Shown here: positions 53,926 through 63,898 of the stretch, piece by piece
Layout of the letters: each line of letters begins with the position of its first letter
Position numbering within the stretch: position 1 is the stretch's first letter
Source of the DNA: a virus
Strand: one strand, 5' to 3'
Virus record (IMG/VR): IMGVR_UViG_3300005471_000011
Span: 40,108-104,107 of that record
DNA length: 64,000 nt
Translations under genes and position numbers: made by a program
The notes under the pieces: model-generated
What the model saw: only the letters and a program-made list of their open reading frames with translations
What the model was told of the DNA's origin: nothing
Databases searched by the model: none

Positions 53926-55370
53926 TGCAACCAAACGGCAAAGTTAAAACAAACGGCAAGCAGAATGGAAAACAGAACGGCGCATCGCCAGTTGCCGAGT
54001 TTCTTGAGCGACAGCAACCGTTCGACCTCAAGGCGGAGTGTTCGCTGCTCGGCAGCGTGATCCTGATGAACGAGGCTATCGATGAGACGTCGCTGATCCT
54101 CAAGGCGGAAGACTTCTACGACGATGCCAATGAAAAAATCTACCGCCAGTTCCTTAAGCTCCACGACGAAGGCAAGAAGATCGACAGCACGCTGCTCGTT
54201 GACCGACTGAAGAAGGACGGGGACTTCGAGGCCATCGGCGGCGCGGCGTACCTGTCCAAGCTGATCAACTGCGTGCCCAACGCGGCGCACGCGGCCTATT
54301 ATGCCGAGATCATCCGGGACGCGGCGGTGCTGCGCAAGATCATCCTGCGGTCCACGGAGCTGCTGCGCGACGCTTACGACCGGGCATGCGAGCCGGCGGA
54401 CCTCGTCGGCATGGCGGAGAACTACTTCGCGGAGATAGCCGAGCAGGCATTGAACTTGAACGTTGAGCCAGAAAACTTCGGGCCGGTAATGATGCGATCC
54501 CTCGCCGAACTGGAAAAGCGCATGAGCGGCGAGTCATCGCTTGGCGTAGCATCTGGAATTCACAGATTTGATGACATCGTGGGCCTGAAGGCAGGGGCTA
54601 TGACGGTGATCGCTGGAAATAGTTCAATGGGCAAGTCAGCTTGTGCCGGCGGAATTGCGGTTCACGTTGCCAAACACTCGCACGGCGCGGTCCTGTTTGT
54701 CAGTTTAGAGATGACCGAGTTGGAAATGACTGACCGCGTGCTCGCGGCAGAGGCTCGCGTGGAATACTGGCGCATGACCAACGGAACACTCAGCACGGAC
54801 GATCGCCAGCGGATCGTTGAGCAAGCGAACGCTCTGAGCAACATTAAATTATTCATAGAAGATTCGCCGGGCATGACGGTATCGCAGATCGCGGCGCAAG
54901 CGAGGCGCATCAAACGCAAGCACGGGCTTGCGTTGCTAGTGGTCGATTACATCGGACTCGTCGAGCCAGACAATCCGAAAGACAACCGGCAGGAGCAGAT
55001 CGCCAAGATAAGCCGGAAGCTTAAGATGATGGCAAGAGAACTGAGCGTCCCGGTGATTTGCCTTGCGCAGCTCAATCGAAATGTTGAAAACGCCAAGGAT
55101 TGCAGGCCGCGCCTGTCACATCTGAGGGAATCGGCAGCAATCGGCCAGGACGCCGACAACGTGCTGTTCGTCCACCGTCCCAAGTATTACCTACGCGAGA
55201 TGCCAAGCGACGGCAGCGGGGAGGAGGCGGAGATATTGCTGGCCAAGGCGCGCAACGCGCCCACGCGGGAGATCAAGATGCTGTGGTTCGGCAAGTGGAT
55301 GCGGTGGGAGAACCCGGCGTCTCCGCAGCACCAGAATTTTAGCGCGCCGTACAGCGACGGAGGGTTCTGA
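53925..55370 (+). CDS. dnaB: replicative DNA helicase
   Basis: P..L.AE..LLG, EDFY, IGG.AYL..L...VP.AA.A.YYA.II, Walker A GNSSMGKS, SLEM, VVDY, AQLNR, P.LS.LRES..I.QDAD, AKARN. Confidence 0.95.
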   Translation: MQPNGKVKTNGKQNGKQNGASPVAEFLERQQPFDLKAECSLLGSVILMNEAIDETSLILKAEDFYDDANEKIYRQFLKLHDEGKKIDSTLLVDRLKKDGDFEAIGGAAYLSKLINCVPNAAHAAYYAEIIRDAAVLRKIILRSTELLRDAYDRACEPADLVGMAENYFAEIAEQALNLNVEPENFGPVMMRSLAELEKRMSGESSLGVASGIHRFDDIVGLKAGAMTVIAGNSSMGKSACAGGIAVHVAKHSHGAVLFVSLEMTELEMTDRVLAAEARVEYWRMTNGTLSTDDRQRIVEQANALSNIKLFIEDSPGMTVSQIAAQARRIKRKHGLALLVVDYIGLVEPDNPKDNRQEQIAKISRKLKMMARELSVPVICLAQLNRNVENAKDCRPRLSHLRESAAIGQDADNVLFVHRPKYYLREMPSDGSGEEAEILLAKARNAPTREIKMLWFGKWMRWENPASPQHQNFSAPYSDGGF

Positions 55371-55882
55371 TGAAACCGATTCAGGTTGACGCATCTCAAT
55401 TTCGCCCGCTTATGCCGACAGCGTCATTGATCTTGCTTGAGAAAATCCACGGCTGGAAATGGTGGTCCTATTTAGCAACGCAGAGAAATGCTGACGGCAA
55501 GCGCGAGAAACTGCGGGTGCGTACACTTCGCGATCCAGACTTTCCAAACGATCGGTGGAAAAGATGGGGCGCAGAACCGGACGTTCAACTGCGAATGGCC
55601 GACGGCAACGAGCCGCTGATGCGCATCGAAGGCACCGGCGATGCCATGAGCTTGCCGATCTATCCTTACTTAGAGGGTGACGATGGAGACGCTGCCGAAA
55701 TGCTGACGCTGATTGCCAAGGCAGGTTGGCGAGTATCGGCAACGTTCGGATCAAAGCAAGTTGCCGTAGTGCTTTCATGCGCGACCACAATGATCGCAGG
55801 ACATGGCGAGCGATTAGCACATGCCGCGTGTGAGGCCGCAATGTTGCTTCCGAACGACTGGAAACTGAAGGCGCGAATATGA
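55370..55882 (+). CDS. hypothetical protein (ABA-sandwich-like)
   Basis: EKIHGWKW..Y and A.AACEAA motifs shared with the 50734 ORF. Confidence 0.5.
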   Translation: MKPIQVDASQFRPLMPTASLILLEKIHGWKWWSYLATQRNADGKREKLRVRTLRDPDFPNDRWKRWGAEPDVQLRMADGNEPLMRIEGTGDAMSLPIYPYLEGDDGDAAEMLTLIAKAGWRVSATFGSKQVAVVLSCATTMIAGHGERLAHAACEAAMLLPNDWKLKARI

Positions 55883-56312
55883 AATGCCTCACGATCTGCC
55901 AGCCGCACACATTTTTCATCTTTGCAACGCCGGCGCAGGCTTAACGCAACCCAAGCGAATCGAGAACCGCGAATGGGACACGAACCATCGCGGACCGCTG
56001 CTGATCCACGCCGGCAAGAGCCGCGCATGGTTCAAGGAGTTCGTCAACGAGGTCCATTGGCCGCCGATGACGTTCGGCGCTATCGTCGGCGTGGTAGATT
56101 TACTCGACGTGTGGTGGTGTGAAGCCACGGCACAAGCACCGGAATGGATTTGGTCCCACGAACATCGCGACCCATTCGCGCAGTATTGGTGGTTGCTCGG
56201 AAACGTGCGCAAGTTCGCGGAGCCAGTTCCGTTCCGCGGCGCGCAGGGGTTGTTCAACGTGCCGGCTGGCGCGGTCGCTTCGCAGCTCGCGTTGACGAAC
56301 GCAGCTAAATAA
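55879..56312 (+). pseudogene. ASCH-domain protein with frameshift
   Basis: MKCLTICQP start at 55879 stops at 55944; KRIENR.W.T.HRGPLLIHAGK, GAIVG.V.L.D and RGAQGLF continue in another frame. Confidence 0.7.
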
Positions 56313-56320
56313 TGTAAAAT
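56292..56320 (+). promoter_or_regulatory. sigma70-type promoter
   Basis: TTGACG-17 bp-TAAAAT followed by GCTGG, as at 36297. Confidence 0.65.
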
Positions 56321-56326
56321 GCTGGC

Positions 56327-57040
56327 ATGGAGGAACATGCGATGCGAGAAGGCGATAAAGAATTCCAAGACCAAACGATCACCAAGGTTGAAGATTACGG
56401 AGGCTCGTGGGCCGTCACGGGCGATTGCGGAACGCTGTGCATCCCCAAGTACAGCCAGACGCCAAAGGTAGGCGATCCGATAACGTATTATGGGCGCGGT
56501 TTTGGATACCCGGTCCGCGGCGTGGTTATCAACGGCATAGAGGTCTATTACTCGACCGCCGCCGAATACGAGCAGAAGTGGCTAAGGGACCAGGAGGCCG
56601 CTCGGCTGAATCGCAACGCAGAGTACGCTGCCGCAAAGGACGGATTCACGGCTCGCATCAACGCACTGCCGGCACCGCTACAAAAGCGGTTATTCCAGTT
56701 CCGCGAGCGCAGCCGGGACTTTGGACCAGACTTCGAGGGCTACGAGTTAGCGACGGCGGAAATGGCGGCCGCGGTTGCGAAAGCGGCTGAGCTTCGCGTG
56801 GATGAATCAGCGGAAGCGTGGTTCAGGCGGTTCAAAGAGTCATCGTGGGAGTCGCAAGCTGCGATCTTCGGCAAGTCGTGCGATGGCGCATCCGGCAACA
56901 TGGCTAGCTTCGCTATTCGGCAAGCGTGGCTGCTGGTGACGCAGCCGGACCTCGTTCCCAAGGACCACGGAGCGTTGTGTATTCTCGTCGGCTGTGATGG
57001 ATTCAAGGCGTGCGATTCCTACATGGCGAAACACGCATGA
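56327..57040 (+). CDS. hypothetical protein
   Basis: 237-aa ORF after the promoter (alternative start 56342). Confidence 0.55.
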   Translation: MEEHAMREGDKEFQDQTITKVEDYGGSWAVTGDCGTLCIPKYSQTPKVGDPITYYGRGFGYPVRGVVINGIEVYYSTAAEYEQKWLRDQEAARLNRNAEYAAAKDGFTARINALPAPLQKRLFQFRERSRDFGPDFEGYELATAEMAAAVAKAAELRVDESAEAWFRRFKESSWESQAAIFGKSCDGASGNMASFAIRQAWLLVTQPDLVPKDHGALCILVGCDGFKACDSYMAKHA

Positions 57041-57303
57041 TCCAAAACTATTTCGGCATCTACCACGAGGAGCCTTGGCGCGGGGACGACCCGCTGTGCA
57101 TTGGCTGCGTGCGCGCCGCCACTGACCTGGAAGCGGAGAAGTACGTGGATATGTTCCTCGTCCGCTTGCGCGGCGGCGAGCGGCTGGTGGCGGTTCCGTG
57201 CGAGGGCATGGCGACGGTGCGAGCGTGCCAGACAGCAAACCGCCGGCGGATGAAGATCAACCGGGACTGCGCGGAGATCGTCAAGAGATTGGGGCTGAAC
57301 TGA
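57037..57303 (+). CDS. hypothetical protein
   Basis: ATGA coupling. Confidence 0.45.
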   Translation: MIQNYFGIYHEEPWRGDDPLCIGCVRAATDLEAEKYVDMFLVRLRGGERLVAVPCEGMATVRACQTANRRRMKINRDCAEIVKRLGLN

Positions 57304-57872
57304 TGCGCCGCTTGACCGCTTACGACTATTTCGACGTGGTGCAATGGCTGCAACAGCTCGCGCGCTGCGGCATGTCCGGCACTGGCTGGTCAAATCTTCG
57401 CAAGGAACAGTCCTGCGACATGGCGCTGCGGGCGGCGATTCACGGCGGCGCGAAGTTTCCGCGAGACGCTTTTATCAAAGGCGGCGTGTGGCACCCGGAA
57501 TGGGTTTATGCTTTGGCATGCGAGGTGAATAATCGCTCGGCATGCTTGGCGCTGGAAAAATATCTCGGTCGTCCAGCGTTGATCTGGGATGGTCAGCGGA
57601 TGCATGAAGGATTTCAGTTCTGGCATGAGGGCATGCACCGGCATTGGCGGATCAACTCGTTCGGCAAGGATCATCAAGGCTGGTACGCGAACGCGGTCAA
57701 CATTACGCACATCGAAAAGCAGGAAACAATTCGGCACATGAACCTGGACGAGAAGGAGCCGAAGAACGAGCTACCGAAAGGCGAGCGGCGGCGGATGCGT
57801 TTCTATCACGCGGAGCTTGTCGAGCGCGAGCGGCAGCGGTTGGCGGCAAAAAAGCCGAAAGTGGCGGGCTGA
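57303..57872 (+). CDS. hypothetical protein
   Basis: TGATG coupling. Confidence 0.45.
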   Translation: MRRLTAYDYFDVVQWLQQLARCGMSGTGWSNLRKEQSCDMALRAAIHGGAKFPRDAFIKGGVWHPEWVYALACEVNNRSACLALEKYLGRPALIWDGQRMHEGFQFWHEGMHRHWRINSFGKDHQGWYANAVNITHIEKQETIRHMNLDEKEPKNELPKGERRRMRFYHAELVERERQRLAAKKPKVAG

Positions 57873-57876
57873 ACTA

Positions 57877-58428
57877 ATGGCAATGCGACTCTACGATGCC
57901 AGCGAAGCAGGGGCGGACGGTTATCCTCTGGCGTGGCACGAGACGATCAAGCACCTTGTGCGTCAGCAAGCAGGCAATCGCTGCGTCCGCTGCAAGCACC
58001 CATATCAGAACGGCGAGCACTGGCGCGGTGAGTGGACGCCTTGCGATGAGCAATGCGAGCATGCCGGGCCATTCAGATTCCGGCGAGGCGTTTCCAGTGA
58101 GTGGATACTGCGAGAAATATCGAAGCCAAATAACTTTACGCGGCTTGAAGCTCAGTGGCGAATCTTGACCGTTCATCATTTATCCGGTCAGAAATTAGAT
58201 TGCCGCTGGTGGAATCTTGCGGCGCTTTGCCAGCGCTGCCATCTAACGATCCAAGGTCGAGTCAAGATGCACCGCCCGTGGTTGCTCGACCACTCAGAAT
58301 GGTTCAAGCCTTACGTCGCTGGCTATTACGCTTGGCAATTTCTAGGCCAGGAGTTAGCCCGCGAAGTTGTCCTTGAGCGTCTCGACGAGTTGCTGCTTCT
58401 TGGTCGCGGTGGGGTGGTCCATGCCTGA
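57877..58428 (+). CDS. HNH-family nuclease-like protein
   Basis: AGNRCVRC..LTVHH......C...NLAALCQRCH. Confidence 0.75.
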   Translation: MAMRLYDASEAGADGYPLAWHETIKHLVRQQAGNRCVRCKHPYQNGEHWRGEWTPCDEQCEHAGPFRFRRGVSSEWILREISKPNNFTRLEAQWRILTVHHLSGQKLDCRWWNLAALCQRCHLTIQGRVKMHRPWLLDHSEWFKPYVAGYYAWQFLGQELAREVVLERLDELLLLGRGGVVHA

Positions 58429-58816
58429 TTCCCTGACCATCACGATCCCCATGCCGCCAGAGGCAACACATCCCAATTCCAGGCCAAGCTTGCGCCTGCT
58501 CATGTCCTCCAAGAAGAGCCAGCGCAGCGACGCACATTTGGCAGCGCTGGCCGATATGCAGGCCCAGAACCTGGAGAAGCCTCACTGGCAGCGGGCGACG
58601 ATCCAGGCGACGTTCCACAAGCCGAGCAGGCGGGCTCGCTTGCATGACCAGGACGGGATTACCGCGTGGCTGAAGGCGACGGCGGACGGAATTCAGGACG
58701 CAGGCGTGGTCGCGGACGATTGTGGGTTGGTGTGGTTGCCACCGGTGCAGATACTCGGTCCTACGGCTGGGCCGAAGCCAAAGGTGGTGATCGTGGTCAC
58801 TGAAATCAAGGAGTAG
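58421..58816 (+). CDS. RusA-like Holliday junction resolvase
   Basis: ITIPMPP...PN, HDQDG...LKATADG..DAGVVADD. Confidence 0.65.
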   Translation: MPDSLTITIPMPPEATHPNSRPSLRLLMSSKKSQRSDAHLAALADMQAQNLEKPHWQRATIQATFHKPSRRARLHDQDGITAWLKATADGIQDAGVVADDCGLVWLPPVQILGPTAGPKPKVVIVVTEIKE

Positions 58817-58818
58817 CA

Positions 58819-59190
58819 ATGTCGCTTTTGCAAATCCCGCCAGATGTGTCGGTTCTCAACTGCGGAGCCGGAGACATGACGTTCTCTTTCGATGGAAAAG
58901 ACCCGCTGGAATGCGCCCGCGCTGAGCGCGTCATTAAGGACATGCTGAAACGCGGCTACCTGCTATTTGCCAAGGTCAAAGACAAGTTGACCCGCGTGCT
59001 GGAATTCGACGCCAAGACGCACGAGTACATCATCGCGGACGGACCGGAGAATGCCCCGGCTGCATTCGACGAAGGCGATCCGAAGGTGAAAGACCAGGTC
59101 GTCAAGAAACATGCCGGGAGGCCACGCAATATCCGCGTCCCGGCCAAGGGTACTCCAGTCACTGGCATTGCACCGACGGCAGGCGGCTAA
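58819..59190 (+). CDS. hypothetical protein with C-terminal diglycine
   Basis: AAGGAG RBS; ends VTGIAPTAGG. Confidence 0.6.
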   Translation: MSLLQIPPDVSVLNCGAGDMTFSFDGKDPLECARAERVIKDMLKRGYLLFAKVKDKLTRVLEFDAKTHEYIIADGPENAPAAFDEGDPKVKDQVVKKHAGRPRNIRVPAKGTPVTGIAPTAGG

Positions 59191-59191
59191 C

Positions 59192-60022
59192 GTGATCAAC
59201 ACCGCAAAACTACGCAAGCAGCACGAGCGGCGGCAGCTCCATAGGCTGGCCATGATCGCCGACAAGCTGAACGGCGACGCGCTACTCGACAAGCAGGACG
59301 CAATGCTCGCGGGCTTGGATGACGGCTGGAACCACATTCGCGCCAAGATCAACGAGATCGCCGAGGAACGTGGGGAGTGGGCGGGCTATCCGATGCCGGT
59401 CGAACATTGCGAGTTGACCATCGAGCCGCGGCACCCGCTAAAGAGCTTGGAAGGTGCAACGCTGAGCAAGGAAACAGCCCAGCCAGCGACGGAAGTTGAC
59501 TACGAAGTAATCAACCAGTGGCCGGACTACAATCGAGGACGGGACGTGTACGTGCTTCGCATAAAATCCACCGGCAAGTCGCAATGCGCAGTGATCCCTA
59601 AGCACGAGGCAACTGGCCGCGCAAGGTTCATTATGGACACGCTTGCTGCTTCGCAGGCGTGGAGCGCTGAAGCGGAGTTCACGGCGATCTCGCGGTTGAA
59701 AACGCTGATCAAGCCATCCGCATTTCGCTATTACCTGCTGACCGGCACGTTCCTAGAGACGAGCCAGCGTAGCCGAGTGATCTACTTGTTTCGTAAATGC
59801 CGTCCGACAATTGCATTCAAGGCTTGCCTTGGGCATGACGATACGAAGCTGCTGTGCGCTCTTTGTCTGCATCCAATCGGTTACTACAAGGGCACGTATG
59901 CCGGCAGCTTGGTGCCGACCGACGACGTCATTGCTCACATCACGATGATGCGGGGAGACGAGAAGAAGTTCTGGGGGAAGTGCAATCAACACGACTGCCG
60001 AGCGGCGGAAGCTGGCGTATGA
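59192..60022 (+). CDS. conserved phage hypothetical protein
   Basis: GTG start; Y.LTG.F.E.S.RS...Y.FR..RPT and LCLHPIGYY..T.AG motifs. Confidence 0.55.
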   Translation: MINTAKLRKQHERRQLHRLAMIADKLNGDALLDKQDAMLAGLDDGWNHIRAKINEIAEERGEWAGYPMPVEHCELTIEPRHPLKSLEGATLSKETAQPATEVDYEVINQWPDYNRGRDVYVLRIKSTGKSQCAVIPKHEATGRARFIMDTLAASQAWSAEAEFTAISRLKTLIKPSAFRYYLLTGTFLETSQRSRVIYLFRKCRPTIAFKACLGHDDTKLLCALCLHPIGYYKGTYAGSLVPTDDVIAHITMMRGDEKKFWGKCNQHDCRAAEAGV

Positions 60023-60441
60023 AGCTACAGGAAAAAGATACCCAGCATCGCTACGCCAATATGCTGGCAGAGGTTGACCTGCAATGGTGCTGGGCGTGCG
60101 GGCGCGACGACTCGTTCATCCACAAGCCAGAGCATTGGCACGCGCGATGGGAGCTACACCGCGCCCACATCGTCAACAAGCCGCGTATCGAGGACCGCCG
60201 CGTCGTAGCTATCCTCTGTCCGCTGTGCCACGGGATTACGCACGGCACCAACTACGGCACCGAGCTGGTGCCAATCGGGTTCCCGAGGCTATCACTCGCC
60301 AACCTGTTGTGGCTGAAGTTCCACCGCGATCCCGGCTATTGGGAGCCAGCGTTCCTCCAGCGGTTCAGCATCAAGCGTCTGCCGCTGCCGAAAGCGCCGG
60401 CGAACATCTACCTAGCGAGCTACGAATCGAGGCGGGGTTAA
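60019..60441 (+). CDS. HNH-like zinc-binding nuclease
   Basis: CWACG..ELHRAHI..LCPLCH. Confidence 0.6.
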   Translation: MKLQEKDTQHRYANMLAEVDLQWCWACGRDDSFIHKPEHWHARWELHRAHIVNKPRIEDRRVVAILCPLCHGITHGTNYGTELVPIGFPRLSLANLLWLKFHRDPGYWEPAFLQRFSIKRLPLPKAPANIYLASYESRRG

Positions 60442-60653
60442 TGGGACTGGGAAACATTACCCGCGAGCATACGGCATGGTGCTTTCTCTGCGAGCACTGG
60501 GAGCAGGAAGGTGAGCATAGCAAGTCGCGTTTCATCAAATGGCTGAAACGCGGAGGCTGGAAGCTAGTTGCCGGTAAATGGGTTTGCCCGAAGTGCGTAG
60601 CAAGACATGGCCGCTATCGCCTAGCGGACCTTGTTAATTCGGAGGGTAAATGA
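60441..60653 (+). CDS. small zinc-finger protein
   Basis: CFLC..GW...GKWVCPKC. Confidence 0.5.
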   Translation: MGLGNITREHTAWCFLCEHWEQEGEHSKSRFIKWLKRGGWKLVAGKWVCPKCVARHGRYRLADLVNSEGK

Positions 60654-61504
60654 CCGAGGACATGCAGATCACGGCGCTGGCACCCTGGAAGGGATCGAAT
60701 CGGATGCTGGGTCCAGAGGTCGGCAAGGCGCTCAAGGGCTGCGAGTGGTGCGGCATTCCGTTCGCTGGCGGCATGGCGGAGGTTCCGCATATCCAGGCGA
60801 GGACGATCTTGGTCAATGACAAGCATGAGCACGTAATCAATCTTGCGGCCTGCGCGGCGCATCGAGCCTACGGTCCAAAGCTCTACCGATTCCTACGCCG
60901 GTTTGTATTTTGCCAACAGGCGCTCGATCAAGCGAGACGGATATGCGTTAAGGCCGAAAATGAAAACTGGGCTGCCCTTGGACACGCCGAGCGCGATTAT
61001 GACTGGGCTGCCGCTTACTTTGTATCCTGCTGGATGGGTCGCAGCGGGACCGCTGGCACGGACAGCGAGTTCAAGGGCAACCTATCGCTGCGATGGAACG
61101 CTGGCGGCGGGGACTCGGCGCTGCGCTACCACCACGCCGTGCTCGGCATCCCGGCGTGGCGCAGGACGCTGCGGCGGTGTAACTTCAGCACGCTAGATTT
61201 CCGCGAGTTCCTGCGCAACTGCCTGAAGCACGATCTGCCAAAGCATGGCATCTACAGCGACAGTCCGTTTCCTGACGCTGGCGACGACTACAAGCACAAG
61301 TTCACTGGCAAAGACCAGCGCGACCTCGCGGAGCTGCTTGGCAGCTTCAAGCAGGCGAAGGTCGTCATTCGGTTCTACGATCACCCGCTGATCCGGAAGC
61401 TGTGCGCCCGCCATCCAGGAACTTCCAAATCCAGCGATCTTCTGGATACCCAGGCGAACAAGAAGGCACCGGAAGTCTTGCTGTTTTCAAGGAGCCAACC
61501 ATGA
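60650..61504 (+). CDS. D12-class (Dam-like) N6-adenine DNA methyltransferase
   Basis: PWKGS, PFAGG, VND, DFR, IYSDSPF (DPPY variant), Y.H.F...D..L, EVLL. Confidence 0.75.
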   Translation: MTEDMQITALAPWKGSNRMLGPEVGKALKGCEWCGIPFAGGMAEVPHIQARTILVNDKHEHVINLAACAAHRAYGPKLYRFLRRFVFCQQALDQARRICVKAENENWAALGHAERDYDWAAAYFVSCWMGRSGTAGTDSEFKGNLSLRWNAGGGDSALRYHHAVLGIPAWRRTLRRCNFSTLDFREFLRNCLKHDLPKHGIYSDSPFPDAGDDYKHKFTGKDQRDLAELLGSFKQAKVVIRFYDHPLIRKLCARHPGTSKSSDLLDTQANKKAPEVLLFSRSQP

Positions 61505-63111
61505 TTCACCTCCAATCCCCTGCCGCTGACTCGCTGCCGATGGTGGGCGGCAGGCAGCCACATATCGTGATGAACCTCGAAGGCGATTATGTGATTGTCA
61601 CAGAGGATCATGCGTTTTGCCTTTGCACTGATGGCCGCTGGTATGACAATCACGGCGAGTTGCCGGTTCCGTATTGGCGGACAAAAGCGATCGCGAGCAA
61701 GTTAGCAAACTGCCGCGCCGCCGCCGAGTCCGCGATTCGCCAGTTTGCCGCCCGCGAGCAAGAGCAGGCAGCCGGGACACAGCTTGACTCGCGACTTGCT
61801 GTTCAGTCGCCGCAAGACGACGCCCGGCTGCCTACCGCTTCCGAAGCCAAAGCCCTGGAGGACTTCGCCGACGCGATGGAGAAGCCAGCCGAGCCGGGAG
61901 CGGAAAAGGAACTGCCGGACTCGTGGGGCCATTGGCTCGACAAGGATGGCAACGATTGGTGGATATTCGGCAAGCCCGGCAAGTTCATGGCTCAGTGCCT
62001 TGACCAAGAAACCGGAATGCCGGACGACGAGATGCCTTCGGCACGGCTGCAAGAGTTGACTGGGCTGATGAGAAGTGGCTGGAAAAAGGTTGGTGGCTTA
62101 AGTTGCAAATGGCCACCGGATGCCAAGCAGACCGTCGAATATTGGAAGCGAGAGGCAGGGAAATTCACCCCCTCCCCCCCCTCCCCCTGCCCACGCTGCG
62201 AGGAGTTGGAGTCGCGTCTAGCCGTGAAGCCCGGTGGCTGCCAGATTCTCAGCAAGGGCGATGCCTGCGATTGCACGCTGTGCCAGATGGGCAGGGAGTA
62301 TAGCCGGCAAGTCGCCGAGCTAACCGCCGAGCGAGACCGTCTGCGTGGGGAGGCGGCGACACTGACAGCCGACGAGCGAACCACGGCACAGCATTGGCGG
62401 CTGGATGCAGAGGCATTGCGGAAGCAAGTCGCCTCCCTCACCGCCACGCTCGACACAGAGCGCGAATGCCGCCAGTCTGCCGAGAAGCTGCTCAGCGACA
62501 TCCCGACGCTTTGCAGCGGCGATTTCTCCATCACGACCGCGTTACACGTTCGCGAACCAATCAAGGCCCTCTGGGACAAGATGGACGAATACCGGAGTGA
62601 CAACGAGGAGATGGGCAAGCTCATCGGCTGCGAACACGTCGAAGATGGGCACGCTCGCTGCCTGGATGAAGTGCTGGCTGCAAACCACTCCGAGATAGAC
62701 CGGCTCACCGAAGAATTAAAACTCTGGAAGCCAATGACGCCAGAGGAGGCGGAAGCCGCCCTTGCCGAAGTCGAGGGCATCCCGATCAGCGACGAAGAAA
62801 TTAACGCGATTGTGGAGAGAGTGACAGACCCAGCCTACCGACCGACCGAGCCAGAACACGTCAAGCTGGCCGCAAAGGTGAAGCAACTTCAGCGGGGGCT
62901 ACAGGAAGAAAGGGACCGCCTAAACGTAATCAGCGTGGACGTTGCCAACACGAATCCAGGCGGCGCTGACTACCTGGAGCACTTGATAGCCACGGCAATG
63001 CTTGGCAAGCAGACGACGCTGATAGGACGCAAGCGGTACGAGCAGCTCACCGCCGCCGAGCGTGAACTGGCGGAACTGCGAGGGAGAGTGGTGGATAGGA
63101 GAGAAATTTAA
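61501..63111 (+). CDS. mosaic coiled-coil hypothetical protein
   Basis: AAGGAG RBS; long ORF with heptad segments and Cys clusters. Confidence 0.55.
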   Translation: MIHLQSPAADSLPMVGGRQPHIVMNLEGDYVIVTEDHAFCLCTDGRWYDNHGELPVPYWRTKAIASKLANCRAAAESAIRQFAAREQEQAAGTQLDSRLAVQSPQDDARLPTASEAKALEDFADAMEKPAEPGAEKELPDSWGHWLDKDGNDWWIFGKPGKFMAQCLDQETGMPDDEMPSARLQELTGLMRSGWKKVGGLSCKWPPDAKQTVEYWKREAGKFTPSPPSPCPRCEELESRLAVKPGGCQILSKGDACDCTLCQMGREYSRQVAELTAERDRLRGEAATLTADERTTAQHWRLDAEALRKQVASLTATLDTERECRQSAEKLLSDIPTLCSGDFSITTALHVREPIKALWDKMDEYRSDNEEMGKLIGCEHVEDGHARCLDEVLAANHSEIDRLTEELKLWKPMTPEEAEAALAEVEGIPISDEEINAIVERVTDPAYRPTEPEHVKLAAKVKQLQRGLQEERDRLNVISVDVANTNPGGADYLEHLIATAMLGKQTTLIGRKRYEQLTAAERELAELRGRVVDRREI

Positions 63112-63326
63112 TTATGAGTTTTTCAAACAACCGAAGCGGCTCATTGATCGGACGCAGGCAGTACCACAACTGGAAATGCCAGAAGTGCGGCGGTTCATTC
63201 AAGAAAGTCAAGCCGGGAGAACCGCGTCGATGTCCGCGATGCCTCGACAGAGGCGTGAAGTCGTATCTCGGAAGATATTAAGGTTCTCCGCGTCGATGAA
63301 ATCTTTTCCGCGAAGTGAGGTGAGGG

Positions 63327-63674
63327 GTGAGTGACTACATCGACGAGTGTGACGGTTCATTTCCTGACGACGATATCGTTCACTGCACGCTCTGCGGCGG
63401 ACAGTGTGACCTGTGCATTGACTGCGTGGTGGTCGAGGCTCCGCTCCCGCCTGGAAAAACTTTCAACGACGACGGCTTCGGTGGCATCGGCCAATTGAAG
63501 CTGTGCCCCGAATGCGTCAAAGCGGTCAGTGCGGCAATCGACCAGCACTTTCACGACGCTGGCGTTTTCGAGCACGGTGAACGCGAAGGTGATTGGTGTG
63601 CCGAGTGCAACGCGGCGTACAAGATGGCGAGAGTTGATCCAGAGAACGCAACCCCTAACCCCACCAACCCATGA
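63327..63674 (+). CDS. Cys-rich hypothetical protein
   Basis: GAGGTG RBS; several CxxC. Confidence 0.5.
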   Translation: MSDYIDECDGSFPDDDIVHCTLCGGQCDLCIDCVVVEAPLPPGKTFNDDGFGGIGQLKLCPECVKAVSAAIDQHFHDAGVFEHGEREGDWCAECNAAYKMARVDPENATPNPTNP

Positions 63675-63898
63675 GCAAGAGCAAGACGATGATTCCCGCA
63701 AAGCTGCCAACCGAAGATCAACCCAGCGGAGAAATCCTGAAGCTGCCAACCAGTCTTGGATGGTGGTGGTGCTTCGACGATGAATCGGAATTATGGTGTC
63801 CGTTCAACATCACAGAACTAGACGCGGCTTTGCGCGAGATTGAGTATCAGAAGATTGGGGACGGACGGTGGATTAAGGATGAAAGCGAGCGACCATGA
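63671..63898 (+). CDS. hypothetical protein
   Basis: ATGA coupling; LPTSLGWWW. Confidence 0.45.
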   Translation: MSKSKTMIPAKLPTEDQPSGEILKLPTSLGWWWCFDDESELWCPFNITELDAALREIEYQKIGDGRWIKDESERP

